A DNA stretch of 64,000 nucleotides from Setoptus koraiensis (taxonomy: Eukaryota > Animalia > Arthropoda). Below the pieces are notes generated by a model. The model saw nothing but the letters and a program-made list of their open reading frames with translations, was not told where the DNA came from and did not search any database. Location of the stretch: assembly GCA_048013815.1 (NCBI GenBank), contig CM106585.1, positions 9,362,001 through 9,426,000 on the forward strand, written 5' to 3'. Numbering within the stretch: the first letter of the stretch is position 1; each line of letters starts with the position of its first letter. Below are positions 37,496-46,826 of the stretch, one piece after another. Both the position numbers and the translations under genes were made by a program.

Positions 37496-40400
37496 AACAA
37501 CAATAACCTGTTCGGCGGTGCAGACAACAACCAAGAGTCGGCTGTCGCCAGCGAATGGGTGCGCATCAACGTGCCGAATCGTGCCGGCCAACAACCGCAG
37601 CAACAACAACAAACTATTTTGCCACATTTGGATCAGCTGCAACAAAAACTGTCAAAGTCGCCAACAGCGGCCACCACAACAACCATGAACTTGGACGACG
37701 CCAATCATCTGTCCGTGATTCTGCGCAACCTGAAAGCCAAAACAACATATCACATCCGGCTGGCCTCGGTGAATTCAATCGACCAGGGCGATTTCAGTCC
37801 GCAGCTGACGGTCACAACCGCCGAGGAGGCGCCCTCTTACAGGCCCGCCGAGGTGAAGGCGCAACCGATCTCGTCCAGTTCCATCAAAGTTGTTTGGCGC
37901 GGTCCGCTGGTGCCCGACTACAGTGCCCCAATTAAGGGCTATTACGTTGGCTACAGGAAGTATGTGTCGGGCGGCGTGGGCGTGGGCGATCTAGCCATCG
38001 CTCATCAGCTGCGGCCCGGCCCAGATGAGCTGGCCGCGCCCGGTGCCGGGTCCGGTGCCGGTGTAAGCGCAACTTTGCCCCAAATCATGCCGCCATCAAC
38101 GGCAGCCGCAGCCGCAACAGCAACCGCAACAACGGCGCCCATGAACGGCAACAACTCAAATGTGTCCGGCAACAACATTATCGATCAAGATCAACAGCAG
38201 CTGCACAACGGCGGGCCCCAGCGCCAATCTGTGGGCACAATATCCAATGACAACAAATTAGCATTTGCCACCGTGGAGAGCCAACAACAACAGCAACAGC
38301 CGCCCACCGTCAGCGGCAACAACCTTCAACAGCAACAACAGCAACAACAACAGTTGCAATCTGGCCTCTTTCACGAGTATGTGATTAACAATTTGGACAA
38401 AAACACCAAATATGAGATCAAGGTGCAGGCTTTCAATTCGGCCGGCACAGGGCCCTCTAGCGAGACATTCGGGCAGACGATGAAATTTGACCGGCCCGGC
38501 CAGCCCCAATTGAAGGTTCTAAACACCAGACATAACTCTATTGAGATAAGGTGGACGATCAGCGACCAAAATCCGGTTGCAGGTGAGTTATCGCTCAACT
38601 GACGGGACAATTAACGGTTTCGAGTTTCCGCCGCTAGCCGCTAGCAACGATCTCGGCACGTTTGTTGGTGCATTTGCATCGTCGCAACACGCTCTGGCAG
38701 CTGGCTATTTCAAGCGACTAACTGCAACAATCAGCTCGTGTGGTGTCGTAATAGCTCGTTAGCTTAGTGGGCCATATTGTGTGTAATTATGGCAGCAACG
38801 GGGGATAAAAATATTCGGATATTCCTGTCACATGACTCATGTGACATGAGAGCCATCCGAAAGTCGTATGAAACATATGGCAATTACGCACTCTGATAAT
38901 CAGAGTCTGATTCACTGATCGGCATGATTATCTAATTTGCTCGCGCAATGCATAATAACTCTTTGTATTTATATTTTGATTTTGATTATCGCACGCGCGC
39001 AGGTTATTCCATATTTTACAAGTGCGAATACGACGACTGGCAAGAGATTCAGCTGACGCTCATAAACTCTTACATAATTGACAATCTCAGATGCGGAAAC
39101 AAATACCAGATCTATTTGTCTGCGTTCAACACCGCCGGCCGCAGCGACCCGTCCGACGTGCTGCTCGTCAGGACCGATGGCACAGGTAAGCTCTTTGAAA
39201 TTGCATTTGATTTTTGATTTTTAAATTTTGATTCGGTTGATGCAAACAATATTGCAAATATCGTATCCACGCGTGAATCAGTGCCCGCTCACTAATCAGT
39301 GTCATGTTGATCATAATGAATTCTTTGCGACTTGTCAGTTCCCGTGGCGCCCGACAAGAACGACTTCATCAAGGCAAACATCACCGAAGTGCTGATTGAT
39401 TTGAGCCAGTGGAAATCGGGCGGCTGCCCAATAAGCAATTTTATGTTGCAATACAAGAAAATGGCCGACGCAAACTGGTTTGTACTGTCGGACAATGTGG
39501 CATTTGCAGCCAGCGACACCATAACAGTACCTGAATTGATGCCCGCAACTTGGTACAAGATATTGATCACGGCCACCAATGAGGCCGGCTCAACAAATAC
39601 CGAATACATGTTTGCCACACTCACCAAGTCAGGCGCACAATTGGCGCCACTGATTTTGCCCAATGGGGCCGATCCATCCAATAAAGATTATGCCGCCCAG
39701 TCGGGCCTCAACGGCAATCAGAATGGGCACGCCATGGGCGCCATTGGCGCACTGTTGCATTGGATGACAAGCGATTTGAATGTGTTCGTGCCAATCGGTG
39801 GCATACTTGTGATTATCCTAATTCTGTCCATATTGTTATATGTTTACGGCTTGAGTCAGGATGGTACAAACAAAAATGGGCCCACTTGCAATGGCACAAA
39901 TAAAACCACAACCACAACAACAACAACAACAACGGCCGCTGGCACCGGTGCCAATGACAATGCCTACAATGGTTGCTTGAGCAACGCGGGCACCATGATC
40001 AATGGGCAGCATCAATGTGATAATATGTTTGTCGGGCATCAGCACAATGTTGTTGTTGACAACAACAACAATTTGGATAACCAGTTGATATTGCAGCAAG
40101 AGAAAGCGGCGACCGGCGCACACAATCAGGCCAATTATCACACTAATTTGCATCTTATGAGATCGGGCCTATTCAATGCAAATCAGCACAACACCGGAGC
40201 CGGTTCATCGTCGCTCAGCACGCACTCTACGGCCTGTCCAGAGGGCTCCATATCGACGGGCTCCAGCTTGGGTCTGGCCACAGCCATCAATCAAAATCAA
40301 AAGGTTATTTTGGCCACCATGAGGGCGCCCATTGGTCACTACAACACCAATCAGATGGGCAACGATTTAGATCAGGACGACACCAACATGAACAATGCAG

Positions 40401-41737
40401 GCGACAAAATGCTCACCAGCCAGCTACCCAATTTGCACGACCAATATGGCATTTATAATTTGTACGATCAAGGCGACCAGCATATGGATCCACAGCAGCA
40501 TTATCATCAAAACGCCAATACCTATGCGGATATTATGAGCACAATGAACACAAGCGCCAGACAACAACAACATGTTAATATAATACCGTCCACTAACAAC
40601 AACAACAGCAACAACTTTTGCTCGCCCAAAATCGATACGCTGACCGCCGGCAAGGATATCGCCAACCATTTGATGTTGTACAGCAATTCAATTCAGCAAC
40701 AAGACGACCAAAACGCCCAAATACAAACAAACGGCACCATTCTAAAGAGCAATCTCATTTACAGTATGAGAGGCTCGCGCGACGAAATAATCGACGACAA
40801 TTACGACAACAAGCAAACGTTCATGGACAACGGTAACATGGAGGGCAATTTTGTAAACAACGAGCCAACAGCAACGGCTTGCATAGTGTCCAAGAGGAAA
40901 TATACTGATCAGTTTTACAGCAATCAAACCCAGCAGCAACAACAACAGCAACAACCAAATTACAACGGCAACACAATTGCCTATCATCACCACCAATTCA
41001 GCAACAACTCGCAAGCTTGTGACGGGCCCATTTATCAAAAGTTGCAACTGTTGTCGCATGCCAGCGATCAATCTAGCCCAATAATAAATAAGGCACAAAC
41101 ATTGCACAGGACATCTCAGCATCAGCAGCAGCAGCAGCATCAGTATCATCAATCTGGCATTGGCATTCCGAGTTCGTTGTCGTCGGGCAACATTAATTCA
41201 AATAATTTATTTATCTCCAACGAGCAAGCGTCAAATTTGATATCCGTCAACGACACCAATAAGGCACACAAAGGCGCCACCATCGAGTCGGCCACAATGA
41301 CACGCCAATTCGGCACAACAAACTCCTCTGGTCACTACGACGTACCTGTGCTGCCCCTGTCCGACCTGACAAGTCCAACAATGACAACAAACGGCGACCA
41401 CAAACAACAACAGCAACAACAGCTCATCCATGGCGCTGGTCAGCCGTTCTTAATGAACAAACAAGGCGACTATAATAACAGTAACAATGGCTATTCGCGA
41501 ATTAAAAGATTCTCCATAAACGATGGCCAGCTGACAGCAAACCAGCGAACTAATCACACCGGCCAAAACAATCATATCATGCTCCTCACCAACAACAACA
41601 ACAACAACAACAAAAATCATCAAATGTTTAGTCAGGACCAGCAGCAAGCCAATTATGCGATGCTCGCCAAAGCGACTACTCAAATGAATTGTGATAAATC
41701 CCTGATAGAGAACGGCGCGACAAATGATTCAGTGTAA
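697..41737 (+). CDS. Dscam: Dscam-family cell adhesion receptor, chelicerate mDscam type: Ig1-4, Ig6-9, FN3 1,2,5,6, TM, long cytoplasmic tail; 14 exons, about 2,891 aa from ATG 697 (2,825 aa from ATG 895)
   Basis: Exons joined by hand: 697-1153, 1369-1596, 16285-16443, 27011-27157, 27402-28997, 29377-29868, 32227-32646, 35080-35185, 35414-35539, 35806-35861, 36009-36099, 36367-38582, 39003-39185, 39339-41737. All introns GT..AG, phases consistent, total 8676 nt (multiple of 3). Dscam signature motifs: PVFRLEPPNVINFSNETGAIIPC (Ig1), GELHI..V...D...SYGCR (Ig2), GPKIDPF (Ig7), NLRCGNKYQIY (FN5), WKSGGCPI and PATWY (FN6). Confidence 0.95.
1369..1596 (+). CDS. Dscam: Dscam exon 2: remainder of Ig1
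   Basis: ASGSPTPKLVWYQ...LLPFKASQYRSDVHSTSYTCEATNSMGTIQSRPSIVQA; acceptor AAG at 1366-1368, donor GTAAGT at 1597; 228 nt, phase 1-1. Confidence 0.93.
2213..2242. repeat. (CA)n microsatellite
   Basis: About 15 CA units; a second tract lies at about 2811-2840. Confidence 0.95.
9081..9143. repeat. 9-bp minisatellite (AACTGAGAT) x7
   Basis: aactgagat aactgagct aactgagac aaccgagat aactgagat aactgcgat aactgagag. Confidence 0.95.
9815..9878. repeat. 16-bp tandem repeat x4
   Basis: aactggatact(a/g)t(c/t)aa, four copies. Confidence 0.95.
10806..10855. repeat. 10-bp tandem repeat (CCC[G/A]AAGAGC) about x5
   Basis: Read directly; a related AAAGAGCC array lies at about 3828-3868. Confidence 0.9.
13643..13700. 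repeat. 10-bp tandem repeat (AAGCTGA[C/T]AC) about x6
   Basis: Read directly. Confidence 0.95.
14704..14800. repeat. Degenerate 9-bp minisatellite (GGCCCAGTT-like) about x11
   Basis: ggcccagtt ggcccagtt tgctcagcg ggcccagtt ggctctgtc ggctcggtt ggccaagtg tgccgagcg ggccgagcg... Confidence 0.85.
15771..15830. repeat. 16-bp tandem repeat carrying four CACCTG E-boxes
   Basis: CACCTG at 15774, 15790, 15806 and 15822. Confidence 0.9.
16285..16443 (+). CDS. Dscam: Dscam exon 3: N-terminal half of Ig2 (position of the insect exon-4 cluster)
   Basis: VIDRPTEVKVNDEFVSYGSNAVFKCRMSSQAEYVNLLEWFTSDG; CAG acceptor, GTAAGT donor at 16444; 159 nt, phase 1-1. Confidence 0.92.
19653..19716. repeat. 18-bp tandem repeat x3.5
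   Basis: atctcgcccgtttggggt units. Confidence 0.9.
23722..23760. repeat. Perfect 19-bp inverted repeat with 1-nt spacer
   Basis: cggcgcgagtatgatacgc-c-gcgtatcatactcgcgccg. Confidence 0.97.
27011..27157 (+). CDS. Dscam: Dscam exon 4: C-terminal half of Ig2
   Basis: GKFTAFNTGELHINQVDWADYQRSYGCRVQNSVTSLVSSSSNMAQLIMT; TTTGCAG acceptor, GTATTT donor; 147 nt, phase 1-1. Confidence 0.93.
27402..28997 (+). CDS. Dscam: Dscam exon 5: Ig3 and Ig4 with large low-complexity insertions
   Basis: IIPCLGQAYPAPIYRW...GLLMIDYPTVHESGRYLCEISNSEG (Ig3); LELNCSGSGNPIDNVRWYKNG...IYECFAYN (Ig4); 1596 nt open, phase 1-1, donor GTAGGT at 28998. Confidence 0.92.
29111..29275. repeat. 10-bp tandem repeat (CCACAAATAT) x8 followed by an approximately 23-bp repeat x2.5 in Dscam intron 5
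   Basis: Read directly; second unit ggatatccgtcgcatcggcg. Confidence 0.92.
29377..29868 (+). CDS. Dscam: Dscam exon 6: Cys-free linker (in place of Ig5) and N-terminal half of Ig6
   Basis: DSALLMELQ... linker, then GALSRVNPLKNAYVVLGDDIELVCPIDG...AISWRK; CAG acceptor at 29374-29376, donor A|GTAAGT at 29869; 492 nt. Confidence 0.85.
31995..32200. repeat. C/A-rich (CAA/CCA) low-complexity tract at the 3' end of Dscam intron 6
   Basis: caaccaccgacaa / caacaa degenerate repeats; out of frame with exon 7. Confidence 0.85.
32227..32646 (+). CDS. Dscam: Dscam exon 7: C-terminal half of Ig6
   Basis: LPSNSRQLINESNGTLIIRDVSNRYDQGNYDCTW...SISINIM; TTGCAG acceptor, G|GTTCGT donor at 32647; 420 nt, phase 1-1. 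Confidence 0.85.
35080..35185 (+). CDS. Dscam: Dscam exon 8: Ig7 part 1
   Basis: VGPKIDPFDFSKSLEDGMRAVAVCAVISGDSPIDI; TTTAG acceptor, phase-2 GTAAGT donor at 35186. Confidence 0.93.
35414..35539 (+). CDS. Dscam: Dscam exon 9: Ig7 part 2
   Basis: NWFKDGQLLIADNENVTIDMSNGFVSTLTFHRIHPAHTGQYTC; phase 2-2, GTGAGT donor at 35540. Confidence 0.93.
35806..35861 (+). CDS. Dscam: Dscam exon 10: Ig7 part 3 (56 nt)
   Basis: (C)VASNSFATANYSSSMIVN completes the F-strand Cys and the G strand; CAG acceptor, GTGAGT donor at 35862; phase 2 to 1. Confidence 0.9.
35890..35937. repeat. 12-bp tandem repeat (TCCATTGATCT[G/A]) x4 in Dscam intron 10
   Basis: Read directly. Confidence 0.95.
36009..36099 (+). CDS. 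Dscam: Dscam exon 11: Ig8 part 1
   Basis: VAPYFIEAPKDTQVILGRDVLVNCEAGGQP; TTAG acceptor, phase-2 GTGAGT donor at 36100. Confidence 0.93.
36367..38582 (+). CDS. Dscam: Dscam exon 12: rest of Ig8, Ig9, FN3-1, FN3-2 and start of FN3-5
   Basis: IAQIRWKK...ILENGSMVIRDAELSDSAKYMCQAFNGI (Ig8); PPQF...FACAPRGDPPINLEWKK...DSSLFTCYAHN (Ig9); PDAP...DGNSPI...FS (FN1); EEAPS...YEIKVQAFNSAGTGP (FN2); RPGQPQLKV (FN5). Donor GTGAGT at 38583. Confidence 0.93.
39003..39185 (+). CDS. Dscam: Dscam exon 13: remainder of FN3-5
   Basis: GYSIFYKCEYDDWQEIQLTLINSYIIDNLRCGNKYQIYLSAFNTAGRSDPSDVLLVRTDGT; phase 1-1. Confidence 0.93.
39339..41737 (+). CDS. Dscam: Dscam exon 14: FN3-6, transmembrane helix (about 39782-39852) and N/Q-rich cytoplasmic tail
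   Basis: VPVAPDK...LSQWKSGGCPISNF...PATWYKILITATNEAG; TM VFVPIGGILVIILILSILLYVYGL; ends NDSV then TAA at 41735-41737. Confidence 0.93.
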
Positions 41738-41763
41738 CTATGGTAACATTATAAAATGATATC

Positions 41764-41769
41764 AATAAA
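41764..41769 (+). terminator. Candidate polyadenylation signal of Dscam
   Basis: AATAAA 27 nt after the stop codon, followed by T-rich sequence; actual use unknown. Confidence 0.4.
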
Positions 41770-44058
41770 TGATATTTATTACTCTGGATAATAGCATGAG
41801 AGTAAAGTTGAGATGTTTTGTATTTTTTGTCCAAATGACGCTAAAGCCATCAAGCTAACTACTGCTCCAATTAGCTTCCGGCAAGCGAGAATCTGGCAGC
41901 TTTTGAGCCACTCGCCACCGAGACGCCACATGCGAACTCGAGTGATGAAAGCTTCAATTGTTCTTGGCACTTGTCGCTAATTGTCAGCCTGTCACTTGTT
42001 AATAGGTCTATTTACTTTGATTTTATTCGTTCAATCAAACAATTGCTTATAGTTAGTCATAGTTTGCTCTCACTATGCGCCTATGCGTTCAGCTCGGTTT
42101 GTACACAAAAGTCACAGCTTGACTAGAAAAAAAAAGCTTCACTGGAGCTTTAATGAGTGCACTGGTGAGGGCGCTTATAGAGGTGTCGCGTAAACCTAAC
42201 GATACTAGATGCACGCTGTAACGGATATAGAGCACAAGAGCTGATGTTAGCGCCTCTCGCGTCCACTCCCTGCATCTCAAATGCATCCTGGCAAAATCGA
42301 CACTTGGGCGCTCCATCGCAATGTCGCAATTAAAATACAAAGGTGAGCATATCTCGTAACGAGATATCCCCATGACAATTGATTCGCTTGCATCAAGCCG
42401 TCACTCAGGCTCAATAATTACCCAAGCTTGTAGTTACAAAATGAAAAAGAAATCATTCATGCCGGGCTTGGCGGTGAACTCAGGTACAACAAAGTGTAGC
42501 GATATCATACAATTGTATCTGTCAAATACTTATCTGCAGCAATTCAGTCATTTACTGTAAGGGGTTGGTTTTGTTTCAACGAGAAAGTGGTCTCATCAAA
42601 TTACTAACAATCTCAACTTACAAGCTAAGCAAGATAGTATTGTTGTTTGCATGTTATATCATACACTCTTCATCAATGACAATAGAACAATAGAGGGAAT
42701 GTCAGATACCCTCGATGTGTCATGCTTGATATAACACAAAATACCCCACAGATATGTGGTTGAAGACAAAGATAAAAGGTATTACAAATTGCAACAAATT
42801 CTAGCCGCCGATCATGATCTACATCGTTCAAGTAGCACGTGATTCTCACATTCCTTATCAAGCGATACACCAATTGCAGTAGATGCCGTAGATGTTGCCA
42901 TATTGTATACATGTTATTATTTTATTATATTACTAAGTATCATCGTGTGATATTATCCGATTGAGCAGCCAGTACTAACCAAAGTTGAAACAATCCAAAG
43001 ATTGTTAATCTAAAGATTTACATCGCCGATGACACCAGCGCCTGAAGACACACCAGTATAAACCGTCAATTATCTAGAATAGAACTTGCCTTTCTCTATT
43101 CCCTTTAAAAGATGCTCGATATAAATTTTGCTTATATCGAACCTATTCTAACCTTCAGATAATGATTGAATGTGCCTAAATCTGGAATAATCAACATATA
43201 GATAACCTATAGTTTTTACTCGACATGCTGTGGGATTTAAGACACGAGCTGTAGAGGATTGTCTTCTAAATTGTATTAAATCAACATTTAAAACTGGAAT
43301 TTTTCGCCTACTGCTGAGAAGTGTAACTTGCCAGTTGCTAAGCTCATCAGTGTGACTTGTCACCCTTGTGTCATTATCTAGACTTTAGGAGTGGCTGTGG
43401 GAATATTATCACCAGATCCGTTGTGCAAAACTGACACTAGTGTTTCGTTGAGATGAGAGGAAAAGAGAAAGACAGCAGGACAGCCATCAGTAAATTCATC
43501 TCTCTACTAACTGACACAAAAGCTTATCACAACACAAAACACTAAAGCTCCTGCCTGATTCAATTTTTGTTTTGAGCAATTTATCAAAAGTAATCATCGC
43601 CGGCGATTAAATGATAGGAATACAAATAAAAAAAGAAGAAAATACATCTACGTGTGTCTGTCTAGATGGAAATGATATATTATCATCAATGTCTATGCAA
43701 ACTATCACTACTATCAACACGTCTCGCCAACTGCTAGTACCAATCAACTTGACATTACATTCTGATGTTCCATCGACATAAATAGTTTCTGCTGCTAATC
43801 TTGATGTATCAAAAATCAGTTTCTGGTATGCAATATAAATTAAATAACTTGATAAGTTTTGTTGCATTGCATTCAATTGCTTGCCTACTAAATGTCTAGT
43901 CATAACAAGTTACATTAAGTTAAAGAAACATCTTACAAGTTCAACCAAGAGGCCATACACGACAAATTGTCACTGTCAATAAAACCCAATCAAATTTCCA
44001 TTTATCCTTTTTGAATTAAATCAATTTCCAATAAACACACACCAACAACTCAATAACA

Positions 44059-45296
44059 ATGCCAAGCGGCAAGATAGCTGTCACCTCGAGTCCACCTATT
44101 TGTATACCGGATGGCTTCAAAGGATATCCGGTTGAATCCTTCTGTTTACAACATGTTCCAAGAGAAGATCTAGATTGCGTCTTGATACCAGGGGGTTTAG
44201 TGAAAGACAGAATAGAAAGAATTGGACTAGATATAGCGAGAGACTTGGCAAACGAAGAATTCCACGCTATCTGTGTTCTACGAGGCGGTTATCAATTTTT
44301 CAATGATCTACTAGAGGTCATAAGACGATATCATCGTCTTAATGCCGATTTACCCGTTGAGGAAAATGTTAAGTCTCGTCATACTCGCCGGATTCATGTA
44401 GAATTTATTCGTGTGAGCAGTTATGAAGATGACTCATCAACCGGCAATGTTCGCATTTCGGGCATAGAAAACTTGAAAGCTTTAACAGGACAGGTAAATC
44501 CTAAATTATCTAATAACAAACACCAATGATCAGTGTGTGTTCTCCAATCTAAAAGCGGCCACTAAACAATACTGATACGATTCATTTGCTCATGCTCTAA
44601 CTTCGCACCTGTTCAATATTGAAGAATGTCCTCATTGTGGAGGATATAATCGACACTGGCTCCACGATGAAGACCCTCTTGAATGTTCTTCAAAAAGAAG
44701 AACCCAGATCAGTAAGGGTGGCTAGCCTGTTTTATAAACGGACCAAGAAAAACATCTCCAACTATCGGCCACACTGTAAGTGCTCTTCAAGTTGCCAGAA
44801 CTGACCGATTTAAATTGCACGAACCTCTATAAATACTAACAATTTTTCGTTATCCTGGATACAACTTTTTCAACCTCGACCTGGCATATCTGGTGCATAT
44901 TGGATACGCAGACGTTGGTATTGAGGTAAGCAGTTAGGGTATACCGTGTCATCTAGACAAAACCATCCTAGTATAATGTCAATTACACCTGTAATCATGT
45001 TCTCTGAAAAACAACTTCTGTCCTCACAGGTTCCAGATCTCTTCATAGTTGGCTGCAATCTTGACTATAATGACTATTTTAGAGATATACAGGTTAGTGC
45101 CAACTTTAATAATTATCAACTGATGAATGAACTTTACATTGTAACTTAAGTTGTTGACTCTGATCTGCTTAATTACGCCAATAAAATCCACAATCAGCAT
45201 GTCTGTGTGATCAGTCAAATAGGGAAAAACAAATACCGTCAAGTGAAAGATGCTCCGGAAAATGGGTCGGCCAAGAATGGTGTACACTCGCATTAA
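44059..45296 (+). CDS. HPRT: Hypoxanthine-guanine phosphoribosyltransferase, 5 exons, 253 aa
   Basis: Exons 44059-44493, 44625-44775, 44912-44925, 45030-45092, 45198-45296; all GT-AG, phases close. Motifs ICVLRGG, FIRVSSY, PRPP-binding [49 protein letters not shown]. Confidence 0.95.
44912..44925 (+). CDS. HPRT: 14-nt microexon of HPRT encoding (Y)VGIE
   Basis: TACGCAG|ACGTTGGTATTGAG|GTAAGC; restores frame between the phase-1 donor at 44776 and the phase-0 acceptor at 45029 and supplies the conserved [FY]VG[FI]E motif. Confidence 0.9.
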
Positions 45297-45492
45297 TATT
45301 AATAGTTAGATACATCCACAGTTGCTATGTAATAGGAAAACAACAATTTCTTGAAAACAACTATTCATACTCAAATAATTAAAATGTGTTACAAACACTG
45401 ATATCATATCACCTTTGTAGTATCGATTCGTTAACACACATACCTCACCACTATCTTAAGAGTCCTTGGGATACCTTTTCCTGTGTAGCACT

Positions 45493-45549
45493 AATAAACA
45501 GATTGGTCAATATTTCATCAATTGATGTATAAATAATTGAGGTTTTATT
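45493..45549. terminator. Facing poly(A) signals of convergent HPRT and mRpS7
   Basis: AATAAA on + at 45493-45498 and AATAAA on - (TTTATT) at 45544-45549. Confidence 0.5.
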
Positions 45550-45600
45550 ATGAGTGGACTAATGGCAACGCTAATCAGACTACTTAGGGAAGAAAATCAT

Positions 45601-46443
45601 CTAGCCCCATCTGTAATGGGCATAAGCTTTGTTAGAGTCGGCTTGCCTATGAACATCTTGCTTCTTTTTGACAACTTTTCCCTCATTGTTGCAGGCCTCA
45701 ATCAAAGAACGAGACATTACATAAGGGAAAAGTTTCACGCGTGGCTTTGGCCTGTCCTTTACTGACTCGATCATCCATTTCATCGCTTTGAACTCAGCCT
45801 GGTACGGTGTCAACGGATAAGGCACTTGATAGGTTGCGCCTCCGCGCCTGACGGGTCTAGTTTCTACTATTGGCGTACAATTGTCTAATGCTTTGTGAAA
45901 TATTTTAATCGGATCACATACAAAACAACTAATTTGTTTTCTTAGTTCCTCGAGATCATAGTATTTGGCACTTTTTGTGTCACCTTTTTCCTCTTCACAC
46001 TTGACTTCTTCCTCAAGTTTTTTTTCCTGCTCGCGCAATTTGTTCAATTTATCCATTTGAAGTAGTTTGATCTCATAAAGAGACTCCTCCATGAGGGTAC
46101 GAGCCAAGTGTCGTTTGCCTTTCCGCAACACGAGTCCAATGAATTTGTCCAGACGTGAGTCCTTAAATACACTGCTACTCTGTTTCACGAGTGCTGCCTT
46201 GATAGGACGGAAGGTCAATTCCTCGAGCTGACCTCTCTCCTCTTGTATTTTATAATCTTCCTGTGAAATAACGGGATCTTTGTATTGCGGTGACCATTGC
46301 ACGCCCCTATTTTGTTGGTATTGTACTCTGGCTAATGAGCTTGCAGTCAATTGATTTGGTCCAACAAATGTGACCGGTATGCTGTTTGCGAGACATGGTC
46401 GCAGAATATGTTTCAATTGATTTATCGCTCTGGTAGTAATCAT
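45601..46443 (-). CDS. mRpS7: Mitochondrial ribosomal protein S7 (uS7m), intronless, 280 aa
   Basis: RPIKAA...DSRLDKFIGLVLRKGKRHLAR...IFHKALDNCTPIVETRPVRRGGATYQVPYP...AMKWMI...GKVVKKKQDVHRQADSNKAYAHYRW. First in-frame ATG at 46443 begins a basic, acid-free presequence-like N-terminus. Confidence 0.95.
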   Translation of the reverse strand: MITTRAINQLKHILRPCLANSIPVTFVGPNQLTASSLARVQYQQNRGVQWSPQYKDPVISQEDYKIQEERGQLEELTFRPIKAALVKQSSSVFKDSRLDKFIGLVLRKGKRHLARTLMEESLYEIKLLQMDKLNKLREQEKKLEEEVKCEEEKGDTKSAKYYDLEELRKQISCFVCDPIKIFHKALDNCTPIVETRPVRRGGATYQVPYPLTPYQAEFKAMKWMIESVKDRPKPRVKLFPYVMSRSLIEACNNEGKVVKKKQDVHRQADSNKAYAHYRWG

Positions 46444-46826
46444 GCTGCATCCGGTAATATATTTTTCCAGTGAGTCAGTTATATCCACGAGATAGATTCA
46501 TATTGTACCATTTTATTATCAATGTAATGAAGACGAAGAAAAAAAAAATAACATGGCACGCCGATCCTCATGTCAATACGATCATATGTTTTTTTACATG
46601 TGCTCTTTTCCAAGAGAGAATGCAGCGCTGCACAGCTGTAGTGAACGAATGCAATGCCTCTAGGTGGCTCGATTACTGTGCTAGAAATGGTTGGAGGCAG
46701 CACAATCTTTCTAGGATCAGTTACAAATGTAGAAACTAGTCAACGGATTTTTACTCAACGAATGCACATCTCCTCTCAGTACCCAATTACAATTAATTAA
46801 ATAACAACTATTGGTAAAATCTCGAG
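46444..46826. promoter_or_regulatory. Probable bidirectional promoter between divergent mRpS7 and AAGAB
   Basis: Only 383 bp separate the two head-to-head start codons; no specific core motif recognised. Confidence 0.55.

Noticed and set aside
38583-39217. Secreted Dscam isoforms by read-through into introns 12 or 13 (stops at 38602 and 39217)
   Set aside because: In-frame stops shortly after donors are expected by chance; no intronic poly(A) evidence.
44059-45296. HPRT as a horizontally acquired gene
   Set aside because: It shares three intron positions and the HVCVIS C-terminus with animal HPRT, consistent with vertical inheritance.
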